Below, one piece after another: positions 39,070 to 52,299 of a DNA stretch of 64,000 nucleotides (position 1 is the first letter of the stretch; each line of letters begins with the position of its first letter). Where the stretch lies: contig NC_068989.1 of NCBI RefSeq assembly GCF_001194135.2, positions 2,260,191 through 2,324,190 on the forward strand, written 5' to 3'. Below the pieces are notes generated by a model. The model worked only from the letters and a program-made list of their open reading frames with translations. It did not search any database and had not been told where the DNA came from. This DNA is from Octopus bimaculoides (Eukaryota). The position numbers and the translations under genes were made by a program.

Positions 39070-41399
39070 GAGAGAGAGAGTGNNNNNNNNNNGAGAGAGA
39101 GAGAGAGAGAGAGAGTGAGAGAGAGAGAGTGAGAGAGAGAGAGTGAGAGAGAGAGAGTGAAATTTGGTAGCTAACAAAACCATGTCAACGAACATTTCTG
39201 GTGGTGAACATTAGATATGAACACGCTTGGCTTTCAGGAGGCCACCAAATCGAATGTTTGTTTTCTAGACGTTTTATTGTATTTGAAACTGCTATAGAAA
39301 TTTGATTGAAGCTTTATTGTGATAAGCGGGTATTATCCAATATCGAACGGACACTGGAGAACGAGGAGCAAAATGGAAGAAAGGAAATCGAAAAGAGTAT
39401 TTGGTCTCTGACGCAAACCCAACACCATGTGGATGGTGTGATTATTTTACTGATAAAATGTTGCAATAATTTTGCACTGTCCTGAAGAACAAGTATGGTA
39501 ATCCACTCTGGATAAATTCCTTTATCAAATAACCCAATAACCTTCTATTCTTATTGTTTCTTCTTCAATAATTGAAGAACCAGATGACACTCCCGCAGAA
39601 TAAAGACTTTATCCTAAGGGATTTTGAAGAAATTACTTCTGAATAATTTCCTTCTCCTCTTTTTGTTCACTCTGCTGAAACAGCCAACCATTTTCAAATG
39701 AGAAATTCTACGATTATTCAATGACTAATTTATTATTATTTCTTCATGTAACTCTCAATGTTTTCGTTTCTGATTTTAACTGTGAATGCACCTGCATCTC
39801 ATTGATAAACGATGCTCAAACATTATCTTGAAGTATTTCACTTTAACGAATTCTTTCTAACCTAAAATGCTAATAAAAAAAAACAATATGCCAAAAAGAA
39901 CAAAACTGACCAGAAGTCATTTATTTATTTATTGAAATTTTAATCTTCTCAAATTACACATGATTTATTAATTTCCAGTTGAATAACACCTGTTCATTTT
40001 ATAAGTGTTTATATAAATATCTATTAGCATCTACGGGGTACATTTCCAGAGTTGTCAGTCTTGGGATAAAGTGCCTCACGGTGTTCGTTCCGTCTTTCTG
40101 TCACTGTACAAAACACGCTGAGGTTAACTTTGCTCTTCATCATTTCGAGGTGATACCATAAACACAAGTCCAGATCCAGTGGACTGACCGAAGTGTTAAG
40201 AATGAGGAATAGGACGATCTTGTCGTATCTATAAGATCCTGAATTATCTTCTCGGCACAAGATAGAATTTGTATCTATGTAAGGAGAAAGTGTTGGTCAC
40301 TCAATCCAATGGTATTCAATTGTGTGGTCAAGACAAAGCTTGCTCATTGCTAGAATTAAACAAGGTTGACATATCATCCATTTCTAAAGTGTAACATTAA
40401 TGATTTGAAGAAAAACATAGAAAAAACTCCAATACTTTACAGTATCTAGTTTTACCCCATCAACATTCTCCGTTTCTATGCCACTGGCATCAAATTCGTG
40501 TTATGTTTAATGGAATGTGTATCTGTCATATATTGAATTAGGTTATGTCCACTACAACTTCCTCCGTACACTCTAAAAATTCTTTCTTGTACGGGGAAAA
40601 GAAACCAATCTCTCAATATATGTACGATGTGATGATGTATCATATTGTTTTAAGACTTGTATTTTCAATATAGGTTTGAATTTAATGTAATTAGTTTGTG
40701 AAAACTTCCCTCCATTCTAGAGAGCAATTTAAATGCTCTTAATGATACAGTTTCCAGCTACGTTTCTTAGAAAGAACAGCAATGAAGTAAACGATACATT
40801 GAAGCGAAAATGTAATTGTTTTCTTTTTTGTTTTTTCATTGAAGTGTTTGAAAGAAAAGATACTTTCTTTATTTAGCGAGTTGAAGAAACTCATTTTTCT
40901 TAGCGGTTCACTACCCAAAAGGCAGGCATCGCTTTTAGCACCTCTAAGAAATATGGTCGCATTAAGATTCAACATGCTTAATATAATTATCAAAAATTTC
41001 GATATCAAAATTACATAGTGGAATCCAATCCTGAAACCACTGAACAAAATTGAACGACTTAAATATAATTAAACTTCCGCAATGAGCTGATATCAATATT
41101 ATCTTTAATGCATTCCTGGAGATTTCATCTTCGAGTGAAGGGAAACATGAGATCCTGAAATGCGCTAGGATCAAAATTCTGTGTACAGTTAAAGTAAATC
41201 GCGATTTATATTTTCATCTTTGTCCACCGAGCTTTAATAATAATATCCACAACTGTCAAAATTTATCTACGCGTATTAGTGTGCAGTGACGCTGCTATAT
41301 ATTAAACGTAGCATAATTTCATTTGAATTACCCAAGTAGAAGATATCCAAAAATCGTAACGTGTTTCTTTAAATATCATACGTTATTTAATTATAACGA

Positions 41400-41629
41400 T
41401 TTCACCATTTTTCTTTCTGTATTCGATAATTACTAATCTGACCATCGAGGCATTTTTTCTATGGCCAGATAACTGAAGAGATGGCGGCTAGGGTTTCCGC
41501 CCCGACATCCGAAACTAGGAGTTTTATCATGGCTACCGAATAATTGTCACATTTTATTTACAGATAAATTCCTCTATTTACATAATATCGAGGAGGTCTC
41601 TTTCTTTTCTTGTCTTACCTTTTCTGTCA

Positions 41630-41630
<1 letters not shown>
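41400..41630 (+). mobile_element. Dispersed repeat carrying a hammerhead, probably a PLE pseudo-LTR
   Basis: Contains the HHR motif. Its 3' segment attcctctatttacataatatcgagg (41568-) recurs at 63953-64000. PLE origin is inferred. Confidence 0.5.
41462..41535 (+). ncRNA. Type I hammerhead ribozyme motif
   Basis: CTGAAGA 41473-79; helix II GATG/CATC plus GCGG/CCGC; GAAA 41511-14; helix III AC/GT; GUU site ending 41523; 11-bp helix I with one bulged A. Confidence 0.7.
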
Positions 41631-41660
<30 letters not shown>

Positions 41661-41704
41661 TTTTCACAATCTTTTTATTAATATCCGAATGAGTTATGTG
41701 ACTC

Positions 41705-41950
41705 AATGATGCGTCCTTGAGCAAGACACTCTATTTCACGTTGCACCAGTCTTGTCTGCTATGAGTTGTATCTGTATTTCAAAGGGAGCAGCCTTGTAAC
41801 ATTCTGTGTCACGCTGAATCTATCTGGGAATTGCGTTAAAAGTACGCTTGTCTGTGGAGTACTCAGCCACTTGTCCGTTAATTTCACGAACACACTGTTC
41901 AGGTGGTCGGGTCGACTGGAACAGTGCTTGTTGTGACCGACGGAGGACCA
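41705..41950 (+). mobile_element. SINE family B, 5' truncated
   Basis: gtccttgagcaagacactctatttcacgttgc...gtactcagccacttg...gtgaccgacgga, colinear with the 6172 copy. Confidence 0.8.
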
Positions 41951-42569
41951 GGTTTCCTTTTGTTATATACTTTAAACATAGATAAAGATTATTCTTTTAA
42001 TGACTAGGTACTTGTCTCTTCCAATATTCTTGTCAGAAATTTATTTGAAATTATAATCTTAGGCACAATATGCCTCGAGGCATTAGAAATAAGTTTCAAA
42101 CAGTCTTACATTGTTGGGCTTGTAAGTTAAATTTTCATCGATAACAGGCGGAGTAACATACAGAGATTTGAAATAATTTTACGTGAAAAGGCGCCATGTT
42201 TATTGCTAGTTGCCTGTCAGATTAATGTATTATTGGTTCTATATAGAATGAAGTGTGTAGCAGATCTTCTAGATATCATAAATTTATGTTTAAACCCGTG
42301 AGTAAATATATATGAATCGTTACCGTTAAGTATAGCAATAAACAACAATTCGCAGTTTTAAACAATTGAAGAATGAATTATGCAAGCACATCCATGCACA
42401 CATTCATTCAAATTATACATGTACATACATACATACATACATCATACATACATCATATGCACTTAATTAAAGCCATAACAGACGCACACACTTATACACA
42501 GAAGAACATAGGCAAATAATATATATTCGGATGTATTATTAGTATTATTATTATATATAAATATATGTA

Positions 42570-42600
<31 letters not shown>

Positions 42601-43120
42601 NNNNNNNNNNNNNNNNNNNNNNNNNNNNNNNNNNNNNNNNNNNNNNNNNNNNNNNNNNNNNNNNNNNNNNNNNNNNNNNNNNNNNNNNNNNNNNNNNNNN
42701 NNNNNNNNNNNNNNNNNNNNNNNNNNNNNNNNNNNNNNNNNNNNNNNNNNNNNNNNNNNNNNNNNNNNNNNNNNNNNNNNNNNNNNNNNNNNNNNNNNNN
42801 NNNNNNNNNNNNNNATATATATCATATATAATATATATACAAATAATATATATATATATATTATTTATATAGATATATTATTATATATAATTATATATAG
42901 TTGGAATTTACCCAAAAAATAAAACAAAAGACGAAGACGGGTGTGTAAACAACAAACATATTTATTAGTTTAACGCTCGGGAACTGAGAGAGTCTTTTAC
43001 GTTTCGAGCTTACGTTCTTCAGCAGAAAGGAACACAGAAATAAACAGAGAGAAAATAATAAAAAAGTTTTAGTGGCTAGCGATCAATCATGGCGAATATA
43101 TCTTAGAATGTGACGTATTT

Positions 43121-43750
43121 CGATTTAACTCGCAATGAGCAATTCTTAATACAACCCATATATTGTGAAGTATAATTAAAAACATACTTTATAAGAAAAT
43201 TCAGTTTTATACAATTGGCTCCTGTCAGCACTTTCTATGGGCTGTACGTAATGAAGAAACAGTATCTGGATATTTCAACTAGAAATATTTCTATACTATC
43301 TAAGGATTTTTACATGGAAGCCTTGCTACATGAAACGACCGAATTCATTAGTGGGCTCAGATGGAAAGTTTTTTTCTTCGACAAATGAAGGTATGATGAC
43401 CAAGTGCAGAATTCCAGGAACGCTTTTCTAAGATTTCCTTTTGGAAGTCTTTACTTTGGATTTCTATCTCTACATTTGTCACTTCTCCATCCGGTATCTG
43501 AGCCCAACGTACATGATGCATAGTTTTCACATATAACTTTTACATGCAATTTGATTCATTTATTTATATGAATTTATATGTATATTTATTTCGTTGTATG
43601 ATTTAAATTATGCTTTGGAATATGTATTGATTGCTTACATGTGTTCCTTCTATAATTTCTCTTATCCATCGATTTAGCCCGCAATGAGCACTTCTTTATA
43701 CAACCCATATATTGTAAAGTATACGTAAAAAAATACTTTACAAGAAAATT
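43121..43750 (+). mobile_element. Penelope-like 5' fragment bracketed by 81-bp direct repeats
   Basis: Direct repeats at 43121-43201 and 43670-43750 (72/81 identical). Interior STRNISILSKDFYMEALLHETTEFISGLRWKVFFF (from 43275) matches the PLE ORF N-terminus 'SxKNIPIPS...FIxRLRWKAFFF'. Confidence 0.75.
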
Positions 43751-44159
43751 TAAGTAGGGAGAGACTTAGAAGGTACTGACGGACATTACATACATAATGT
43801 CAAAGATATATAAATCGAACGAAGTAAAATATTTTCTAACGCACAGAACACCGAGAGAAATTAGACAGAACCACACACACACAGACGCATTCATACGCAA
43901 AAACAAAAGACACGCCTGACTATTCCTCTGTTGTGACTTAGTTTTTTGAAATTTCTCGAGATTTCCATTGTGAAATACAGTTCTAAGGTTAACTGAAGCT
44001 TCACGTCGGTTTAAATTTAGACATGAAATGAACTTAGCTGTTGTCATTGCGGTTCTCTTATCGACATCTATCTTGTAGAGGCTGTTACGATTGATTTATC
44101 GTTGTTATTGCTTGGTTGTAATTTAATGTGATCACCCCAGCGTGCAGAATCGTTTGCAC

Positions 44160-44290
44160 GCCAACCAAAATCCTACTAGCATTTCTTAGAGCTTTATCAC
44201 CTGATTTCGAATTCTTCCGATGTCGATTTTGCCTTTTATCTTTTTGAGGTCGATAAAGTAAATACCAGTTGATCACTGAGTTCGAAATCA
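44160..44290 (-). mobile_element. SINE family A fragment (rearranged)
   Basis: ctactagcatttcttagagc...gattttgccttttatctttttgaggtcgataaagtaaataccagtt; mixed orientation. Confidence 0.4.
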
Positions 44291-45168
44291 TCGGCTGCCT
44301 ATAGTAGACTAAAAAAAATATTTTAACATCAGTTTCCTTTTAGTAGTGATTTAATAATTTAGTTTTGCCGTCTGGTCTTAGTTTGTTTCTATAGTACGTT
44401 GCAATCCCTTAGTATTTGCACCTAGTGTCATAGTTTGCTATTTACATAGCTTACAAGACCAATCTTCCTGACGTTAGTGATATTTTACATAGACTTTGGT
44501 TAAAAGTGGATGTTTTTTAGATGTGCTTTTGTTGTTCTGTAAATCGCTATAAATGCTTCTTTAGCATGTTTGGCCAACCAGAAGGAATATCTGTTAATTA
44601 ATTGAACGTAGAATATAATAGTGAGAGCGTTTAGAAAAATTCAAGATTTCAGTTAAAGAAATTATACTTGTCATCTGTAGTTTATTTATTTAGTTTTTAT
44701 GGTTCCTCATTGAAGACAGCTTTTTAGTGTAACGTTGTTGTAGGTAGTTTAACTCTTACACACGATTTTATTGACAGTGTGTTCATCTGTCGATTAGGCA
44801 GAATATATTTTATGTGCAAGTTTAGTTGCGGTTTATTTTTGAACGATATTTTCTTTTTCCGGATACTGTGACGACTGCAAGCTTTTCTGCTGAATTTGTT
44901 CTCCTTGTCTAAGTTATTTTCCTATCCATTGTTGAATAGCTTGTTTTATTCTGTTAATTTAAGTAATGCGACATTTTTGTAGAAGAATGTAAACATTCTA
45001 CTGAGTAAAGTTTTATAATTGATGTTTTATATCAATGGCTATGTAACAAATGACGTTGTTTTAAACAAAGCCTGTCGGGGAAACACGGACACAGTAAAAG
45101 TATTAGAAAGTAAAACTCAATTTTATGAATGTTATTAATAATATATGCTTAAAATATATGTGCACCAC

Positions 45169-45169
45169 T

Positions 45170-45246
<77 letters not shown>

Positions 45247-45247
45247 A
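45169..45247. repeat. (ATCT)n microsatellite
   Basis: Direct repeat. Confidence 0.95.
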
Positions 45248-45936
45248 TATATATAAATATACATATANNNNNNNNNNNNNNNNNNNNNNNNNNNNNNNNN
45301 NNNNNNNNNNNNNNNNNNNNNNNNNNNNNNNNNNNNNNNNNNNNNNNNNNNNNNNNNNNNNNNNNNNNNNNNNNNNNNNNNNNNNNNNNNNNNNNNNNNN
45401 NNNNNNNNNNNNNNNNNNNNNNNNNNNNNNNNNNNNATGACGGAGGGGTGACGATGAAGAGGGAAGGAGAAGGTGGGTAGGAGTAAAGAGGAGAGGGAAA
45501 GAGAGTAGGAGTTAAGAGAAGTAGGAGTCGGAGCAAGAGAGGATATGTGGGTGGGAGGAAGTAGGTGTGAGACGGAGAGAGGCGAGGGGAGGAGAGTTGA
45601 GCCTATGTGGCGCAAAGGAGCGAAGAGAGAAGATTAATCCTTGTTCACGGCGCAAACGGAAGTCCAGATGGCCCCTGTGCAAGGACAACCGAACACGGAC
45701 AGGTGTTGCAAAGAGTGACCGGTAGAGCGGAAATGGCGCGAGTTCGGGGTGTCCTACGTATATTAGATGAGGGTAATATAACAGGGTAACCGAAGAATTT
45801 GGATATATTGGCAAAAATGCATAGTTTTAATCATTTTATACAACGAAATTGGTGATTAATATTTTCAATATCGTCTCCACTGTTAGTATCCAGGCTGTAT
45901 GGTCACACTCTTTTTCACAAAAATAGCACGCGCGCC

Positions 45937-45976
<40 letters not shown>

Positions 45977-46719
45977 CACACACACACACACACGAAGACA
46001 GAGAATGCGTGGGAAAACATGAAAGACACCAAGCAAAATATTAGAAGAAGTAGGGTAAGAATGTGGTGGATTGAAACAAAATGCGTGTGTGTGTGTGAAT
46101 CTGTATAACTCCGTGTATTAGCGTATGTATGTGTGAGGGAGAGAGACTATATATAAAGCAGCGTGAAAGACAAAAACTGTGACATTCAGAAACAGTTTGT
46201 TATAGAGAAAATGACTGAAGAAGTGGTAAAATCATTGTGTTGAAAAACGAAATCAAATACAATACTGATATACACAGTTATACATACATACATACATACA
46301 TACATACATAGTTATATTCATGCGCGTACACACTCACACAAACACACACATACACACACAAGGGGGTAAAGTAAATTGGGAGGGAAGGGAAAACGAATGT
46401 ACAGAAGACATCCACAAAAGACTGAGAAATAGAGATAAGGATCATGGTAGAAACATTGTTGTATTTTCCACTAAAAACTAGCAAAATCTTGAGCAATGTT
46501 TCAGTTTTAAAGCATTTAAGATAACTGTCGAGATATCTTCTATAATTTGATCAAGCATCGAACAGTAAACAACGAAGGGAAAATACAGGAGATGATGCAT
46601 GATAGCAGCACCTGATTGCAATATCGTTGGGAATTTGGTGTTGAGAAAAGAATAATGAAGAGACTCGGTGTTTAAAGAAGCAGTGAACATTTGTCTTAGA
46701 GTGTTTGAAGGGGTGTATA

Positions 46720-46852
<133 letters not shown>

Positions 46853-47109
46853 GTGTATACAATTTGCGATGAGTAAATTGTCACCATTTTATATTTTTAA
46901 TTCTTCGCGTGCGCATTGTTTGTTTCTGATTTTGGCAACTACACGGTATAGGAGGGTCAGATGGGACCCATTTGTGAGAAAAACAGCACCAACACGCAAT
47001 TCACTCTGCCAGAAATTTGAAAACGATATGCTGTACTGCTTGGCATCCGCACCAGATGCTCCTATACGAATAGATGGTGAACATACAGAACAACCGTTGG
47101 CTTACCGTG

Positions 47110-47410
47110 TCTCTAAAATATGTACTGAGATAAAAATCAAACATCCAGTCAACATCATGGTATTTGGAGTGATCCCTAGTGATGGTGACGTTGTGACGCC
47201 ATTCATCTTCCCACACGGGCTCAGACTCGTCACGTGCCTAGAGGAGGTAGTGCTGCCCTGGGTGAAGATAGGGGCTGCAGGAAGACCCTATGTATGGCAA
47301 CAGGACTCTGCACCATTCCACATAAGCAGGAGAACCCGCCCGTGGCTATCAGACAATTTCTGTGACCACATCACCTCTAACATCTGGCCGCCTAACCCCC
47401 CAGACTGTCG
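47110..47410 (+). mobile_element. maT/DD37D transposase catalytic-domain remnant
   Basis: KHPVNIMVFGVIPSDGDVVTPFIFPHGLRL...EEVVLPWV...GRPYVWQQDSAPFHISRRTRPWLSDNFCDHITSNIWPPNPPD. Confidence 0.9.
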
Positions 47411-48299
47411 ATGGTGTTACAACCTGCAAAAAGCTTCACACGTGCGCTCAATATACTTTAAATATTACAGCATTCTGTTATGTAGAATAAAATCTTAACC
47501 CCACTAAATATTTTGGTAATTATAAATTCTATATTTTGAAAATATTCTCATGTTACAGAGGGATTAAACCCAGGCCCTGTTAATAGCACTATTTGACTGT
47601 GCAAGTAGGCTCCACCATGGTTGTGTAATACTACGTGTTTATGAAGAAATTAATAATTCTGGCATCATTATCCTATCTTAAATCGGAGTGATCTAATTTT
47701 TTTCAATATATGTTCTTTTTTCTTTAAGACAGCAGATTATTAGAGAGTTTTTGGTCAACTACTTTTAACAAACCTAGATGCCGCATCAGGGCTTTATGTT
47801 ATGATATAGTGAGCCTAGACTTTTTTTTTACAGTAGTTACTTAGTTATGTGGTGGATGTTTGTATTTATTTTTTTATATTAAATATCGACTATTTTAAAA
47901 TTATAACCATTTATGCTATGAGCAAGAGGTCAAAGAACGATGCAGATTTCCAAACGTCCATGTTTACGGATTTACTATTTTAGTGTGAGAAATAAAACGC
48001 GATAGTCATAAAGCTTTAAATAAAGTGTGCAAGGTTAAAATACAAGCTCACAAAATCGATTTTACCTTACATACTTATTCAGCTCAACATAAACCCTACT
48101 TGTGTAATAAACTGAAATTCGCTACCAGCTATCAAAGAACCACGTATTAGGAACGCATGTATTTCATTTATAGCCGGTCACACAAATATCATCGAATATT
48201 TAGGTTAACTTATAAAACGAATTCATTTATCATTAATTACAGCTTATATGAAACTGCATAGAAGAAAATATCATTGCTTCATCCTTACTGAACAAATAA

Positions 48300-48730
48300 A
48301 TTAAAGGTATAACAAATAAAAAGTGCTCTTTAAATTCAGATGAGTCAATTGATATGGTTTGTGAGAAGCATTTACGTTCGTTAGTTTGCTATTACAAGAA
48401 ACAACAAAGTAAAATTGTATTATAGTGAGTCACTTTAATTCTTGTTGTAAAACTACGATGGAAAAGTTGCATCAAATAGTGAAAAATTATCGAGCAGGGT
48501 CTAAATTAATATTAGCAACTGATTTGCTGTTGCAAAAGACAGGATTTTTGAAATCTCTGGTATTAATAACTCTTTCTACTCGATCATGAAATTAATCTAA
48601 ACTTGATTCTCATAAAAAGCATTTGCCATTTCCTCCACTTGGCATTTTGCTATGTTGCTGAGGTATTACCTTCTAGAAACGACTAACTGTTAACAAAAAC
48701 TTGCGAGAAACTTCCAGGAAATATAAATTA
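48300..48730 (+). mobile_element. hAT transposase remnant
   Basis: CSLNSDESIDMVCEKHLRSLVCYY (first D, 'DESTD') and NLILIKSICHFLHLA (CxCHxLHL motif, about 48590-48645), then TCEKLP. Confidence 0.75.
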
Positions 48731-49771
48731 ATGAACGGTAACAAGAAACCACTGAACATGTTTCACCTTTCAGCCTCAAAATGATTAGAGAGAATGATCT
48801 GACCAAAGAGAATTCTTAGTCAACAGAATTGCATCCGATTCTATTCGAATAACATTTTCTAGTTTACGACAAGTGTTATGCAAGAAAATAGCACGTGGCC
48901 TATCCAGACGCAACTAATGAATTTTATTTAATATTTATGAAACTGGTATTGACTGAATTTCTAAATGATTAATTGACAGTTCTAAATGTTAGTTAGCTGT
49001 AATGACTCGGATCAACTGCGCAGTTTTGCATTATCTATGATTACAGGAATTTTGAATATGTCAATCCTGAAACGAATTTAGATATTGAATTCCAGTACAT
49101 GGTACGTCAAAATTTGACTTTGGATTTAAATTATCTAACATTTTGACAAATAAAAACTAATCGAAAGGCATTTCTCAGAAAGAAGGAAATGCTATAGAAA
49201 ACGGCGTTCAAGTTATTTCCAACGGATGTGAAAAGAAAACTTGAGCCGCGTTGGTTAAAAAATTCTTGTTAAGGAGCTAGAATTTTGGTGAGGAAGAGCA
49301 ACACTTAAAAATGCAGCTGGTGGAGCTGAATTGTAAGATTTGACAGTTGAAACAGTTTCCAAGAGTGACCTCCACTAAAATTCACAAAATTATGGTTTGG
49401 ATGGCGAGCACATAATATCTGTGGATTACTGAGTTAATTATATGTAGATATGTCTGTGTATATGTGTATATATGTATGTATGCACGCGCGTATATATGTG
49501 TATGCATGTATATGTCAACGTGTGTGCACAGAAACATACCCTCACACGCATACCATAAATGCATAAGTATTAACTGGATATACATATGACATGCGCAGAA
49601 TCCATTGTATATGATTAATTATTTAACAGGGTTTCCCAAGCGTATAGTTTACGTTAAACTTTGAAATATGTGCACTGTCATTTGGTTTCCGCATCATTCG
49701 GTTCGTTAGAGAGGACGATTAAGAAATTAGTTTCAATGTCAAGAAGTGAGGTTACCTAAACAAATACACAA

Positions 49772-49772
<1 letters not shown>

Positions 49773-49854
<82 letters not shown>

Positions 49855-49870
49855 TGATGATAATAATAAT
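49773..49870. repeat. (AAT)n microsatellite
   Basis: Direct repeat. Confidence 0.95.
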
Positions 49871-50080
49871 ATCGATAATACCACAAAGCTATAAATATAT
49901 AATTCTCTAATATTTGAACAGTGTATCGCTATGAGTAGGTGGTTTGATATTAAAATCGGGTGATGTTAATCACCCGATTTATATTAGGTAATACAAAAAG
50001 TGATTAACAAAAGATTATGAACGCTAGTTCCGCCAATATTGCTAGATTAGAATAGGTATCACGATATTGTGGACAAAAAA

Positions 50081-50350
50081 GGCGGTGAGCTGGCAGAACC
50101 GTTAGCACGCCGGGCCGAATGCTTGGTGGCGTTTCGTCTGTCTTTACCTTCTGAGTTCAGATTCCGCCGAGGTCGACTTTCCCTTTCAGCCTTTCGGGTC
50201 GATAAATTAAATACCAGTTGCGTACTGGGGTCGATCTAATCGACTGCCCCCCCCCTCCTCCAAAATTTTGGGCTTTGTGCCTAGAGTAGAAAACAATATG
50301 TTTTCGTCTGTCTTTACGTTCTGAGTTCAAATTCCGCCGAAGTCGACCCA
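50081..50350 (+). mobile_element. SINE family A, full length, plus partial tandem re-duplication
   Basis: ggcggtgagctggcagaaccgttagcacgccggg...gtgcctagagtagaaaac (to 50297). 50301-50348 repeats the internal ttcgtctgtctttacgttctgagttca segment. Confidence 0.9.
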
Positions 50351-52299
50351 TTATTGTTGGTCAATTGGTGAATTTGCCATTTTGTATTGTGTCTGCATTA
50401 AATATGAATTGCAAAGAGCTATTTTAGTCTTTCTTCGGTATTTGCAATCGAAACGTCAAACAGTAAAATGACTAACAATTTGTGTCCTCTAGAAATGGAA
50501 ATACAAATTTTAAATCAGTATCAAAATGGCAAGACTGGACGAAATGAAGATCTAGTTTCATATAAACGAAAAAGCAATGAGAATAATTAAACGAAGTAAC
50601 TAATCAGAGCCAACAAAATCGTAGGATATTGAAGTCACACAACAGACATTGCTATTTCGGATAGAAGATTATACCTTAAAGGAAAGCTTATAAGAAGGTT
50701 TGCTACGTGGCGAAAAGTAGTAAGACATTTTAATCAAATTAACAGTAGAAGCTAAGCGTCTCATCGATCACACTATAAATTACTGGGTAGAATTGGATGA
50801 CTTGAAATATATGAAAATCACAGGTCTAGACATCAAATTACTTGACAAAAGCTAAAACGATAAAACTGCGCTAGAAAGTGACATACAGTTAGAGAAAAGA
50901 TTAAGTAGGTTTCAAATACTTTAATACTGACAAATGATGTCCATTCTAGTAGAAAGTTCAAAGAAATATTTAATTCAAAGAAGTGATAATTATGGTTACT
51001 GGACTCAAATCATCTAACGATCAAGAGACATTGGTATTATTGTATAATAAATACATTAGGAGAATGTTCTCAAAGCACAACTTTGTGTATATGGCATCGC
51101 AACTTAACAACGGTTTTAGTTCCAGTGTAAAGGCAAACATGGACAAAGGTCAACAGAAACACACACAGACACGTACACACACGTGCGCGTATGTATAATA
51201 CATATGTGTGTGTGTGTGTTTGTATTTCATTTCCATTTCAAAAATCTTAATGGTATATCTTTTGTTATTGATAATGTCATTAAACAACGTATGTTCCTTG
51301 ATTCCACGATTTCAGTTTCATCGAAGATTCATGAAACCATTCAACAGAGTACATTGAGGAACAACTGTGTCTAAACTTGTGTGTGTATGCCTGTGCGCGC
51401 GTGTTGTTTTGCACTTGTGCGCATGCATACNNNNNNNNNNNNNNNNNNNNNNNNNNNNNNNNNNNNNNNNNNNNNNNNNNNNNNNNNNNNNNNNNNNNNN
51501 NNNNTATATATATATAGATATGAATATGCTTATATATACGTATATATGTAAAATAATATATATATGAACAAATTTCAGCGTGGAAAGTGTTTATAAGCCA
51601 TTTAAAAACACACAAGAACCGTTAGACTCACTTCAACATTTAAATTTAATTTTTCAAAATATTTTTCCTTGTTTTCATATTTTCATTATTAACCAGACTT
51701 CTGTTGAGTTGGCTGTAAGCATACATATGATCACTTCATGTTCCCGAGTCATAATATTGGTTTAGATCTTGAAGAGTCACAACAGATATGAACTTTAAAA
51801 TGAGACATGTGTAGAAGAAATACACCAAGCATTTCTTATTGCCAATATCTCTGCTGATATCGGCGTAAGTCTTTAGAAAACAGAAATAGAAATTCACAGT
51901 AGAGAATCTTTGCAAAGCACCTACTTAGTTTGGATGATTTGTTTTTGTCATAGACACACATGTATGGAGGCTTCAACTGAAATTCTATTCTGCAGTAAAA
52001 TATTTTAGTGGGAATTTATCTTAAAGAGGTATCTGCGCAAATGTTTCTCCATATATTTTGCAGTGACGTTGCTCGTCTTTCAAGATGAACGTTTTAAACA
52101 TGAGGAAGCTAAATCAAAACATGTATAAGTAGAGTTCGAGATTTATTATCTGCTATAATTTATTATATGCTAATGGACGTGTTTTCGTGTGGTCCACTGG
52201 GAGCACGATATTCAGAAAATGATATCCCTCTTCTTGACTTAGAATAAGTTTCAAGAAATCCGAGATTATTTTTACACTTATTCCAGAAGAGAGCTACCT

